Source: an uncultured virus (IMG/VR IMGVR_UViG_3300044266_000359)
Lineage: Duplodnaviria > Heunggongvirae > Uroviricota > Caudoviricetes
Length of the DNA: 20,000 bases
Reading direction: 5' to 3' (one strand)
Virus record (IMG/VR): IMGVR_UViG_3300044266_000359
Below the pieces are notes generated by a model that saw only the letters and a program-made list of their open reading frames with translations, searched no databases and had not been told where the DNA came from. Positions 8,656 to 17,486 of this stretch are shown piece after piece. Every line of letters starts with the position of its first letter. Positions within the stretch are counted from its first letter, which is position 1. The position numbers and the translations under genes were made by a program.

Positions 8656-9362
8656 CAGAATTAATTGCAACCCTAGTAATGACGCACATTACCATTGCTT
8701 GTGTTACCTTGTATTTGCATCGTAGCCAAGCTCATCGCAGCGTGACCTTTCACCCAGCGATAGCACATTTCATGCGTTTTTGGTTGTGGCTCACAACAGG
8801 CATGGTTACCAAACAGTGGGTGGCCATACATCGCAAACACCATAGATACAGTGATCGATCAGGCGACCCGCACAGTCCATTGGTGTATGGTATCCGCAGA
8901 GTTTTCTTTCAAGGAGCAGGTTTATATCATGAAGCAAGCAAAGATCGTGTTATGGTTGACGCATACGGTGCTGGTACTCCTGCTGATTGGATGGAGCGCA
9001 ACGTATACAGTGCTCACTCCAGACTTGGCATTGGCCTTCTCTTTTTGTTCAACGTTGCCGTTTTCGGTTGGGTCGGCGCCTTAATATGGTTGGTACAAAT
9101 GGCGTGGATTCCGTTTTGGGCAGCGGGAGTGATTAACGGCCTAGCACATTGGTGGGGATATAGAAATGGTGAAACTAGAGACAACAGTAGAAATATTAGT
9201 CCCATTGGTATTATCATCGGTGGTGAATGCTTACATAATAATCACCATCTTGACCCTGCTAGTGCCAAACTGAGCCGACGTTGGTTTGAGTTTGATATTG
9301 GTTGGATGTATATTGTTATTTTGCGTTCAGCGGGGTTGGCAAAGGTTACCCAGGCAAAGTAA
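8652..9362 (+). CDS. membrane fatty acid desaturase (delta-9-like)
   Basis: Three His boxes (HRSQAH, HRKHH, HNNHH), plus DPHSP, INGLAHWWG, FDIGW and TM segments. Confidence 0.93.
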   Translation: MTELIATLVMTHITIACVTLYLHRSQAHRSVTFHPAIAHFMRFWLWLTTGMVTKQWVAIHRKHHRYSDRSGDPHSPLVYGIRRVFFQGAGLYHEASKDRVMVDAYGAGTPADWMERNVYSAHSRLGIGLLFLFNVAVFGWVGALIWLVQMAWIPFWAAGVINGLAHWWGYRNGETRDNSRNISPIGIIIGGECLHNNHHLDPASAKLSRRWFEFDIGWMYIVILRSAGLAKVTQAK

Positions 9363-9542
9363 CTTGAACTGTTCCATTTGATCCTGCGCTTCTACCACAG
9401 CACCCATCCAGAACCATTGATCCAGCATGGATTCCACAAACAGGTCCATGTACCAGTTAAACAATGGGCTGTTGAGCCAGGGCTCTGATTGTTGGACCAG
9501 CAGGCGGTTCCACGCCTGCCCTAGTTGATAAAACTCATACAT
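9327..9542 (-). CDS. hypothetical protein (71 aa, Trp-rich)
   Basis: Coupled by TGATG to the small upstream ORF; overlaps the desaturase tail-to-tail by 36 nt. Confidence 0.55.
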   Translation of the reverse strand: MYEFYQLGQAWNRLLVQQSEPWLNSPLFNWYMDLFVESMLDQWFWMGAVVEAQDQMEQFKLLCLGNLCQPR

Positions 9543-9628
9543 CAGCTTGATTTAGTAGGGGTAATAGGTGCGGGCTTGTTGCCATTGAATGGCGGGTTTT
9601 TGGGTGGATTATGTTTGAACCAACTCAT
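9542..9628 (-). CDS. 28-aa Pro/Lys-rich peptide MSWFKHNPPKNPPFNGNKPAPITPTKSS (not in ORF track)
   Basis: ATG lies 5 nt after a perfect TATAAATA on the minus strand, and the stop overlaps the next ATG (TGATG). Confidence 0.55.
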   Translation of the reverse strand: MSWFKHNPPKNPPFNGNKPAPITPTKSS

Positions 9629-9633
9629 GCTGG

Positions 9634-9641
9634 TATTTATA
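9634..9641 (-). promoter_or_regulatory. T4-late-like promoter TATAAATA
   Basis: Reads tatttata on the + strand. Confidence 0.65.
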
Positions 9642-9711
9642 TGTGACGTTGTGATTTTTTCAGGCCAGTGTAAAATAGCGATAAATTATTCTATTACATT
9701 AAGGAACATTC

Positions 9712-10953
9712 ATGAAAAAAATCGGGTTTATTGGGATTGGCAAGCTAGGCTTAGACTGTGCTGAAGTAATGGCTGAAAAGCATGAAGTTCGCGGATATGA
9801 CATCTATCCACGAACCAGTGATTCAGTAAAAGTCTGTGACATCAGCGAGCTGGTCAATGAAAGCGAGTGGATTTTTATCGCAGTCCCAACACCACATGCC
9901 GAAGGCTATGATGGAAGTGTGCCAAGCTCGCACATGGAACCACGTGACTTCGGACACGACGCTGTGATTGACGCAATCAAGAACGTAAACAAGTATGCTA
10001 CATCTCCTAAAAAGGTTGTGCTGATTTCTACAGTGCTACCGGGCACAACACGCAAGCACTTTTATCCTTTGCTGGACAAGCAACATCAGTTCTTGTACAA
10101 TCCCTACTTGATTGCCATGGGATCAGTAAAATGGGACATGGCCAATCCTGAAATGGTCATGATTGGTACAGAAGATGGCAACCCCAATGCTCTGGCCGGT
10201 GAGTTGATTGATTTGTACAAAACCATGATGCAAAACAATCCACGCTATGAAATTGGTACCTGGGACGAGTGCGAAGCAATCAAGATTTTCTACAATACCT
10301 TTATTTCAGCCAAGGTTGGTCTGGTCAACATGATTCAAGACTTTGCCATGCGTATTGGACACATCAACGTTGACGTTGTGACCAATGCTCTAGCTCGAAG
10401 CACCATGCGTATCATGGGACCCAAGTACATGACCGCAGGCATGGGCGATGCAGGCGCTTGCCACCCACGTGACAACATTGCTCTGCGTTGGTTGGCCAAA
10501 GAGTACAATTTGGGCTATGACTTGTTTGACACAGTGATGCATGCCAGAGAAATCCAAGCCAAAAACTTGGCCATGTTCTTGGTGGACTTGAGTGTGATGA
10601 ACGACAACTTGCCCATTGCCATTCACGGCAAAGCATACAAGCCCGACGTTCCCTACTGCATTGGTAGCTACAGCACCTTGGTTGGACACTATGTTGAACA
10701 AGAAGGTAAATCGGTTGTGTACGTCGATCCCTTGGCCGATGATCCAACCAACGTGGTTGAAAAGGTTGGTGGACCTGCAATCTTTTTATGGGCACATGAT
10801 CGCAAGATCACTTACGAATACACTGGTGACCAACCCGAAACTCAACCTTATTGTGAAATCCTCCCAGGATCCATTATTGTTGACCCTTGGCGCAAGCTGA
10901 AATCGGGCAACGGCATTGAAGTTATTCATTACGGTAACACCCGTCAACAATAA
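9712..10953 (+). CDS. UDP-glucose/GDP-mannose dehydrogenase family protein
   Basis: Rossmann GIGKLG, IAVPTP, STVLPGTT, catalytic Lys region EAIKIFYN, catalytic Cys in GMGDAGACHPRD and GKAYKP. Confidence 0.92.
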   Translation: MKKIGFIGIGKLGLDCAEVMAEKHEVRGYDIYPRTSDSVKVCDISELVNESEWIFIAVPTPHAEGYDGSVPSSHMEPRDFGHDAVIDAIKNVNKYATSPKKVVLISTVLPGTTRKHFYPLLDKQHQFLYNPYLIAMGSVKWDMANPEMVMIGTEDGNPNALAGELIDLYKTMMQNNPRYEIGTWDECEAIKIFYNTFISAKVGLVNMIQDFAMRIGHINVDVVTNALARSTMRIMGPKYMTAGMGDAGACHPRDNIALRWLAKEYNLGYDLFDTVMHAREIQAKNLAMFLVDLSVMNDNLPIAIHGKAYKPDVPYCIGSYSTLVGHYVEQEGKSVVYVDPLADDPTNVVEKVGGPAIFLWAHDRKITYEYTGDQPETQPYCEILPGSIIVDPWRKLKSGNGIEVIHYGNTRQQ

Positions 10954-10954
10954 C

Positions 10955-10983
10955 TTGACAAATAAACCCAATACGTGTATAAT
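10955..10983 (+). promoter_or_regulatory. consensus sigma70 promoter of uvsE
   Basis: TTGACA-17 bp-TATAAT; the ATG follows 6 nt later. Confidence 0.85.
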
Positions 10984-10989
10984 TACACT

Positions 10990-12009
10990 ATGACTACACG
11001 TATTGGCTTTTGCTGCAAATGGCTCGATGACCCTGCTGAAACTGCAGGCCGTAAACCCACGTCTGAGAGCCGTGACCTAAATGGACGTTCCACTACCATG
11101 CGTTGGCTCCGTGAACATGCGGACGAAGCCGAACAACGCCAGTGGGACATTATGAACCACAATGCCCGTGCGGCTCTGCTTATGGTAGAACGTGTGGGCA
11201 CACTGCCTCCTGAACGCAGAATGGTGCGTCTGGGTAGCGAAATGCTACAAGGCTACACAGAACCTTCATGGATAGATTGGTGGCAACGACGTGAAATACA
11301 AGATCACTGTGAACGAATCTTTGCGCCGGTTGGAGACGCTGCTCGGCGTCTTGGTGTACGGCTATCCTTCCATCCAGGGCAATTTTGTGTACTGGCAAGC
11401 GAGTCGGATGAAATCGTGGAGAGATCCATACTCGAGTTTGAGTATCATACAGACATGGCGCGGTGGATGGGATTTGGCCATGACTTTCATGATTCGGGAT
11501 TCAAGATCAACGTACACTTATCGGGCAAAGGCGGTCCTGCTAAGTTTTTGCAGACGCTGAAACGTCTGTCACCTGAGGCTAGAAACCTTATCACTATCGA
11601 AAACGACGAGATGTCAAATGGGCTTGATACTACTTTACTTGTGGCTGAGCATTGTGCTCTTGTGCTGGATATTCATCACCACTGGGTCAAAACAGGCGAA
11701 TATATCGACCCCGCGGACGCTCGTGTTCAGCGGGTTCGTGAGTCTTGGCGTGGTGAGCGTCCTGTACTCCATTTTTCTACTAGCCGCGAAGATATTTTGG
11801 TTGACCATGATCCAAACGTTCGACCAGACCTTGCTGCTCTTATTGCTGGAGGTCATAAAAAACAGCAACTCCGGGCACACAGTGACTTCTATTGGAACCA
11901 TGCTGTGAACGACTGGGCCTTGAGCTTTGCTGATCGCTTTGACATACAATGCGAGGCCAAGGGCAAGAACCTAGCAAGTGAACAGATCTATGAACGACTT
12001 ATTGGTTAA
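10990..12009 (+). CDS. uvsE: UV damage endonuclease (UvsE/UVDE family)
   Basis: RIGFCC, RLSFHP, ENDE, DIHHH, RAHSD and EAKGK motifs. Start moved to ATG 10990 because the GTG at 10975 lies inside the promoter. Confidence 0.92.
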   Translation: MTTRIGFCCKWLDDPAETAGRKPTSESRDLNGRSTTMRWLREHADEAEQRQWDIMNHNARAALLMVERVGTLPPERRMVRLGSEMLQGYTEPSWIDWWQRREIQDHCERIFAPVGDAARRLGVRLSFHPGQFCVLASESDEIVERSILEFEYHTDMARWMGFGHDFHDSGFKINVHLSGKGGPAKFLQTLKRLSPEARNLITIENDEMSNGLDTTLLVAEHCALVLDIHHHWVKTGEYIDPADARVQRVRESWRGERPVLHFSTSREDILVDHDPNVRPDLAALIAGGHKKQQLRAHSDFYWNHAVNDWALSFADRFDIQCEAKGKNLASEQIYERLIG

Positions 12010-12277
12010 TACCTTTAGTTGGATACGAGATGATTTCCGGTCTTATCCTACTAGGTTTGTTGTTGAGTTGCTTGCTTGGGCTATTAGCATTGGGTGCAGT
12101 ATTACTATGGCTCTTACTGTCCCCAACCCACCCTTACTCACCTTATATCCTATTTGGATCTCTGGTTGCGCCATGTATGCTTGGGCTGCTTATACTAGGA
12201 AATCATTTGGCATGCTGGTTAACTACCTGCTTCTTGTGACCATTGATTCAGTTGGCCTATTTAGGATGCTTATGTAA
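11990..12277 (+). CDS. small membrane protein (about 3 TM helices)
   Basis: 95 aa from ATG 11990, strongly hydrophobic; overlaps the end of uvsE. Confidence 0.78.
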   Translation: MNDLLVNTFSWIRDDFRSYPTRFVVELLAWAISIGCSITMALTVPNPPLLTLYPIWISGCAMYAWAAYTRKSFGMLVNYLLLVTIDSVGLFRMLM

Positions 12278-12349
12278 GCAGATATTTCTTTCGTTTAGTT
12301 ACCATAAGTAATAGGTACTCAAGTACGCTATACTCTAAGGTGAACAATA

Positions 12350-13801
12350 ATGATAAGAACTATCACTGCGGGGTTACTTGCCGTTTCAATGGCCGGAGCC
12401 GTTTCCGCACAAACTCTAATTAATCAAAGCTCTATATCCAGTGGATATGGATCTGCTAGCTTAATAGATACCAACAGTACTTCTAACTCAGTTAGTACTG
12501 TTAATACCACAAATACCAGCACAGCTACGACTAACAGCACCGCTACCAGTACTGTTACGTCCACCAACGTAAACACCAACAACAACGTAAACAGTGGTGC
12601 TGTGACTTATACCAACAACAACGTAAACAGTGGGTCGGTAACCTATACCAACAACAACGTTGCGTCGGGGGAAGTAACATACAACAACGTAAACAGTGGC
12701 ACAGTGAATTACAACAACACAAATACCAGCACTGCCACAAATACTAACAACAACACAAATACCAGCACAAGCACCAATACAAACACAAACAACAACACAA
12801 ATACCAACACCAGTACCAGCACTGCTACAAACACCAACAATAACACAAATACCAGTACCAGTACCAATACAAACACAAACAACAACACAAATACCAACAC
12901 AAATACCAGCACATCAACCAACACCAACAACAACACAAATACCAACACTAGTACCAATACAAACACCAATACAAACATAAACACCAATAACGGTACTATG
13001 AATTACAACAACACCAACACAAGCACAGCCACTAACACAAACAACAACACCAGTACCAGTACTGCAACTAACACAAACAACAACACCAGTACTAGCACCA
13101 ACACAAACACCAATAACAATACCAACACATCAACTAGTACCAACACAAACACCAATAACAATACAAGTACCAGTAACAACGTGAACACTAACACAAATAC
13201 CAGTACTGCTACAAATACTAATACCAACAACAATACCAATACCAGTACAAGTAACAATGTGAATACAAACACCAATACGTCGACTAGCACCAGTACAAGT
13301 AGTAACAACAACGTCAACCAAAACGTACAAACTGGAGACATGACCAATCGTAATATTAACGATACTACAATTACACAAAAGATTATTCAGCCTCCACCAA
13401 CTGCTATTGCTCCAATGATGATGAGCGGCGGCAACCAAGACCTGTGTACAACTGGCACATCCAGTGCTGTACAAACACAAATCTTTGGTGTGTCAACAGG
13501 CGGTACAGTACGTGACTTGAATTGTGAACGTTTGAAGTTGAGCAAGACATTGTTTGATATGGGTATGAAAGTTGCTGCCGTTGCTACAATGTGCCAAGAC
13601 AAGCGTGTTTGGGATGCTATGATGGCTGCAGGAACACCTTGCCCATACGAAGGCAAGATTGGTGAACAGGCCAAGGCTGCATGGGAAGCAAACCCAACCA
13701 AGGTACCACCTGAACCAGAAAAGGAAGTGAAAGATGACACTTATCAGAAAGTTGGCTTTGGTGCTCTTATTGGCATCTTGGTTAACAAGTGGTTCAACTA
13801 A
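12350..13801 (+). CDS. secreted protein with long Asn/Thr/Ser repeat region and Cys-containing C-terminal domain
   Basis: Signal peptide ending AVSA-Q, ~250-aa N/T tract, then PPPTAIAP...DLC...NCERLK...MCQD...GTPCP and a hydrophobic tail. Confidence 0.88.
   Translation: MIRTITAGLLAVSMAGAVSAQTLINQSSISSGYGSASLIDTNSTSNSVSTVNTTNTSTATTNSTATSTVTSTNVNTNNNVNSGAVTYTNNNVNSGSVTYTNNNVASGEVTYNNVNSGTVNYNNTNTSTATNTNNNTNTSTSTNTNTNNNTNTNTSTSTATNTNNNTNTSTSTNTNTNNNTNTNTNTSTSTNTNNNTNTNTSTNTNTNTNINTNNGTMNYNNTNTSTATNTNNNTSTSTATNTNNNTSTSTNTNTNNNTNTSTSTNTNTNNNTSTSNNVNTNTNTSTATNTNTNNNTNTSTSNNVNTNTNTSTSTSTSSNNNVNQNVQTGDMTNRNINDTTITQKIIQPPPTAIAPMMMSGGNQDLCTTGTSSAVQTQIFGVSTGGTVRDLNCERLKLSKTLFDMGMKVAAVATMCQDKRVWDAMMAAGTPCPYEGKIGEQAKAAWEANPTKVPPEPEKEVKDDTYQKVGFGALIGILVNKWFN
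12575..13320 (+). repeat. coding tandem repeats: three 36-bp units plus one shortened unit (TNNNVxSGxVTY), then degenerate NTNNNTNTSTST-type units
   Basis: Units start at 12575, 12611, 12647 and 12683. An AC-rich low-complexity tract follows, with variable synonymous Thr/Asn/Ser codons. Confidence 0.9.
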
Positions 13802-15722
13802 CAGCCAAGAACTAGTACCTGGTCAAGTTTATAACACACAAAACTTGACCAATAACTCTACTTCTGCCAGTTCTACTACTGGAACTTGGCAGAACGTTGG
13901 TTTGTGGAATCAGGGATTGCCATGCTGGGCACCAGGCGGGCCCACCTATTGCGGACCAAAACCTTATTTCAATAACGGTAGTGTGAACTTTTCCTATGGC
14001 ACCACTGACTTGAATCAAGTAGTGAACATTGCTGCGGCATTGCCTACCAGCAGCACTGGATTGAGAGTTAATGGTTTCAATTTTGGATTCACTGCTAAAA
14101 ACGGCAATGGCTGGGACGATGGTCGCCAAGACTATCTTGCAGCCTATGTTAAATTCCGTGACACTAGTGGGGCTGTGGTTGCCAATTACGACTACTCCGG
14201 CAGTACCAATCGCCAATACAACTGGACCACATTTAATTTTAGTGAGACATTTACTACACCTTATGCTGCCAAAGATTTGAGCACAGCGCAATACGGGTTT
14301 GTTGGAAGAGACAACAACTTCTGGGCCGGACCATACGGACCTGAAATCCAAGGAATAAATTTCAGTTTGAAATATTCAGTAGACCCTTGTGTGAAAGATC
14401 CGCTGTCAAGCCCAACCTGTTCAGGCTTCTTGGACGCATTGAGTAAAACAACTGGTGCAACCTCCACTTCGGCAACAACTACCACAGCTTCGCCTGCCAC
14501 AGTGGCAGCAACTACAACAACTGAAACACCAGTTACAACAACTACCACAACAGTATCTGGACCACCACCTTCTGCGGTTTCTGCTGATTTGTTGTCTAAG
14601 ATTGTGGAAAGCAATCGAACTGCTAATGCAGCCTCTGCGGCCAGCATTACAGCCGCCACAAATCTAAATGACAAATCTTCTGTGGCAGCATTTGCGCTGT
14701 CAGTGATTGCAAAAAATGCAGCCAATGACCGAGCAATACAAGAAAAAGCAGTAGGAGATGCAATAGCTTCTGCCAATGCGGCTGCAACAGCAGCAGTTGA
14801 GCAGGCACAAGCAATTGCATTGACTCAAAGTCTAGCCAGTGCAAACACTGCCAATAGACTTGCTGGAGCTGCGGTTGCAAGCAGTGGTCCAGCGCCTGGC
14901 GTTAATACTGCTGCATCAGTTCCAGCAGCTGGAGTCAATAATGCGGTGACAGGTCCAGCACCTGGTGCTACTATTGCAAATAATGCCACTGTGGTGACCA
15001 ATAACACAGGTGCAATACAAACTGGCAACAACAATAATATCACAGCACAGAACAGTTTACCATTGCTAGCCCCAGCACCTGCACCGGTTGTGGAAAACAC
15101 TGCACCAACGCAATCAACTGCGCCAGTAGTTCAAACAGCAGTGGTGCAAAATAACAATGTTTCCTTGCCAAGTACTACGCCAGTTGTAGCCAGTTTTGAG
15201 CTGTTACCGCCATCGATCTCAACTGCAACACAACCTGTGACATCAAACCCTGCACAAGGATTAAACGTAGCAATAACATCTACACCATTTACGCCTGCAC
15301 CAGTTTTTGTTTCACCGGCGCCAGTTTTTGTTTCACCAGCGCCAGTAATTGAATTGCCAAAATTCAAAGAAGTCGAAAGCAGTCGTAACATAGACATGAG
15401 CTCACCCACTGACTTTGTTGCTGGATATGTAAACACCAAACACAACCTAAATGACATGCAAGCCACAACAAACGCACCAGCAGTGAACAGCAAAGCACAA
15501 GACAATGATGCTGCCGGTGGCGTTACTATTGCAGCCATTGCAAAAATGCCACCAGGATACGATCTATATACGTCACTGTCAATTAGAGATGCAAACTTCT
15601 ACAAGCCAGAAGAGTTGTATCGTGGACAAAAGACTGTGGACAATGTTAGATTACTAAGAGGTTTGACTGGAGCTAGTGATAGAGTCCATCAAGAAATGGT
15701 TGATAGCCAATATAACAAATAA
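13734..15722 (+). CDS. secreted protein with N-terminal aromatic beta-rich domain and long Ala/Thr/Pro low-complexity stalk
   Basis: Signal-like N-terminus; W/Y/F/G-rich domain ending FWAGPYGPEI...VDPCVKDPLSSPTCSG; overlaps the upstream gene by 68 nt. Confidence 0.85.
   Translation: MTLIRKLALVLLLASWLTSGSTNSQELVPGQVYNTQNLTNNSTSASSTTGTWQNVGLWNQGLPCWAPGGPTYCGPKPYFNNGSVNFSYGTTDLNQVVNIAAALPTSSTGLRVNGFNFGFTAKNGNGWDDGRQDYLAAYVKFRDTSGAVVANYDYSGSTNRQYNWTTFNFSETFTTPYAAKDLSTAQYGFVGRDNNFWAGPYGPEIQGINFSLKYSVDPCVKDPLSSPTCSGFLDALSKTTGATSTSATTTTASPATVAATTTTETPVTTTTTTVSGPPPSAVSADLLSKIVESNRTANAASAASITAATNLNDKSSVAAFALSVIAKNAANDRAIQEKAVGDAIASANAAATAAVEQAQAIALTQSLASANTANRLAGAAVASSGPAPGVNTAASVPAAGVNNAVTGPAPGATIANNATVVTNNTGAIQTGNNNNITAQNSLPLLAPAPAPVVENTAPTQSTAPVVQTAVVQNNNVSLPSTTPVVASFELLPPSISTATQPVTSNPAQGLNVAITSTPFTPAPVFVSPAPVFVSPAPVIELPKFKEVESSRNIDMSSPTDFVAGYVNTKHNLNDMQATTNAPAVNSKAQDNDAAGGVTIAAIAKMPPGYDLYTSLSIRDANFYKPEELYRGQKTVDNVRLLRGLTGASDRVHQEMVDSQYNK
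15300..15346 (+). repeat. 21-bp tandem duplication (PVFVSPA x2)
   Basis: ccagtttttgtttcaccggcg / ccagtttttgtttcaccagcg followed by ccagt. Confidence 0.9.
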
Positions 15723-15737
15723 TAAAAGGAGCCAGAA

Positions 15738-16325
15738 ATGGGAGAGGAAATCAAAGACTTAAACAAGGAAGTCGACAAATTAGAAGAAGCAGCCAAAAAG
15801 TACGCTAGCAAGGACACAGTGATCAGCATTGGTGGGTATGAATTCACGCCGGCCAAGCTCATGGTAGCATTTACGTTAGCCAGTTCACTGCTAGGCGGTT
15901 TGTATGGTGCGTTTGAAGTGTACAAAGACTACATAGGCATGAAGAAAAAGATTGCTGAATACACAGCACCAGACCTGTCAGGATTTGACAAACGTCTGGC
16001 CGTGATTGAAGAAAACAGTCAAAAAGCGTCGGACTACACTCGTGATATCAAAACTGATTTGAAGAGTGACATTCGCCGCAATGAGTCAGTCACAGAACAA
16101 GTGGAACGCAGTGTCAAACAAGCACAGCGCGAAACTGAACAAGAGATGCGTCAAGCACGCAAAGATGTGCGTGAAGACCTGGACAAGGCACGCAATGAAG
16201 TCAATGCTATCCGCAAGGAAATGGCAGAAGCACGTAGAGAAATTTCACGTGAAGTTGAGCAACTCAAACGTGAAGTAGATGGCAAGATTCAAAAGGCCAT
16301 CGACAATCCCTTGGCTAACAAATAA
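15738..16325 (+). CDS. single-TM coiled-coil protein
   Basis: AAGGAG SD; TM LMVAFTLASSLLGGLYGAF followed by 11-residue-periodic charged helices. Confidence 0.85.
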   Translation: MGEEIKDLNKEVDKLEEAAKKYASKDTVISIGGYEFTPAKLMVAFTLASSLLGGLYGAFEVYKDYIGMKKKIAEYTAPDLSGFDKRLAVIEENSQKASDYTRDIKTDLKSDIRRNESVTEQVERSVKQAQRETEQEMRQARKDVREDLDKARNEVNAIRKEMAEARREISREVEQLKREVDGKIQKAIDNPLANK

Positions 16326-16477
16326 TGTATACCACTTACTTCTTAATAGGGTTTGTTACATCGTTTGGATGGTGGTCAGCAGGCAAAGTACAAAAGTCAG
16401 TTGACAACACTGTTGTTGAAATAAGGGTTGAAACCAAGACAGTTGCACCTGCCAAACCAACGACCGATGCAAAGTAA
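16325..16477 (+). CDS. 50-aa membrane-anchored protein MYTTYFLIGFVTSFGWWSAGK... (not in ORF track)
   Basis: TAATG coupling to the upstream gene, fills the gap to the next ORF, hydrophobic N-terminus. Confidence 0.7.
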   Translation: MYTTYFLIGFVTSFGWWSAGKVQKSVDNTVVEIRVETKTVAPAKPTTDAK

Positions 16478-16483
16478 AATGCC

Positions 16484-17035
16484 ATGGTCGATCCTATTTC
16501 CATTGGCGCAGCGTATCTAGTTGCCAAAACAGCAGTAGGTGGAATCAAGGAAGCTATTAGGCTTGGAAAAGACGCTGGTGAAATAGCCGGCGAAATTTCC
16601 AAGTTTTTTCATTCTGCAGTCACAGTAGAAAAGGCTGCTAAAAAAATTGACGCTGACCGCGTGGTCAAGATGAAGCAGGATGTCAAGAAAGGCGACCTCA
16701 AAGGCTATTACGAACTCACAGCCGAAGCTATGGACATTGCCATCAAGGCCGAAGAAGTCAAACGATTTGAAGAAGAAATCAAAGATACGCTAATATGGTC
16801 CGGACGTGGACACATTTACTATACCATGGTAAGTGAACGCAATAGAATGGAAGCTGAACAGGCCCGAGCCATTGCTCTTGAAGAACTAGAGCAAGCTAGA
16901 ATAGAACAAGAAAAGCAACATCAAAAAGAAATGACACGAGACTTGATGTGGTGCGCGGCTGCTATAACACTAACCGGCTTGTTTCTCTGGTGGGTGGTTG
17001 ATTTTATGATAACCAAAAAAATGGGAGTTGTTTGA
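16484..17035 (+). CDS. helical protein with C-terminal TM anchor
   Basis: MVDPISI N-terminus, coiled coil and TM LMWCAAAITLTGLFLWWVV. Confidence 0.82.
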   Translation: MVDPISIGAAYLVAKTAVGGIKEAIRLGKDAGEIAGEISKFFHSAVTVEKAAKKIDADRVVKMKQDVKKGDLKGYYELTAEAMDIAIKAEEVKRFEEEIKDTLIWSGRGHIYYTMVSERNRMEAEQARAIALEELEQARIEQEKQHQKEMTRDLMWCAAAITLTGLFLWWVVDFMITKKMGVV

Positions 17036-17053
17036 CAACCCCCATTGCGTAGA

Positions 17054-17401
17054 TTACTCTTTGGCTTTTTTAGCACGAGGCTTAGCCGGAGCTTTCATAG
17101 CTGCTGGCTTTTTTGCGGCTGCTTTTTTAGCTGCTGGCTTTTTAGCAGGTGTTTTTGTTTCTGTCTTGGCTTCTACTACCGGAGCAGGATTGGCAGGATG
17201 CTTGTTCCACTCTTCTGCAGTCAAACTGTGTAGTCCCACACAATAACCAGACGGGCTACGACCGCAGCCGCACTTGGTTGGTTCTACCTTTGTGGTAGGT
17301 GCTTCGGCAGCAGGTGTTTCTACTTTGTAAGGCGCAACAGAGTCATTCTGGGCCGGGTGACCTTTTCGGTTTAATATAAAATCAAATAATGTTTTGAACA
17401 T
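17054..17401 (-). CDS. protein with CDGSH-like Cys3His motif and histone-H1-like Ala/Lys/Pro tail
   Basis: AGGAG SD; CGCGRSPSGYCVGLH (17228-17272); tail PAKKPAAKKAAAKKPAAMKAPAKPRAKKAK. Confidence 0.82.
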   Translation of the reverse strand: MFKTLFDFILNRKGHPAQNDSVAPYKVETPAAEAPTTKVEPTKCGCGRSPSGYCVGLHSLTAEEWNKHPANPAPVVEAKTETKTPAKKPAAKKAAAKKPAAMKAPAKPRAKKAKE

Positions 17402-17418
17402 TTGGTTCTCCTCGGGGG

Positions 17419-17427
17419 TATTTATTA
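17419..17427 (-). promoter_or_regulatory. T4-late-like promoter TAATAAATA
   Basis: Lies just upstream of the SD of ORF 17054-17401. Confidence 0.55.
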
Positions 17428-17452
17428 GTGACCATTCACTACAAAAAACTTA

Positions 17453-17481
17453 TTGCACTGCACAAAAAAATCATATATAAT
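17453..17481 (+). promoter_or_regulatory. sigma70 promoter with overlapping PhaR-type operator
   Basis: TTGCAC-17 bp-TATAAT. TGCACTGCACAA (17454-17465) fits the PhaR consensus TGCRNYGCASMA, recalled from Bradyrhizobium work. Confidence 0.65.
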
Positions 17482-17486
17482 AGTAC

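Noticed and set aside
9525..9764. 79-aa plus-strand ORF and other short antisense ORFs inside clpX, dnaK, ugd and uvsE
   Set aside because: No credible start signals, and they overlap better-supported genes or promoters.
12575..13320. CRISPR array or DNA-level satellite
   Set aside because: No constant repeat with unique spacers; units are in-frame codon repeats with synonymous variation.
12709..13347. Poly-Val/Leu ORFs on the minus strand
   Set aside because: Antisense shadows of the Asn/Thr codon repeat.
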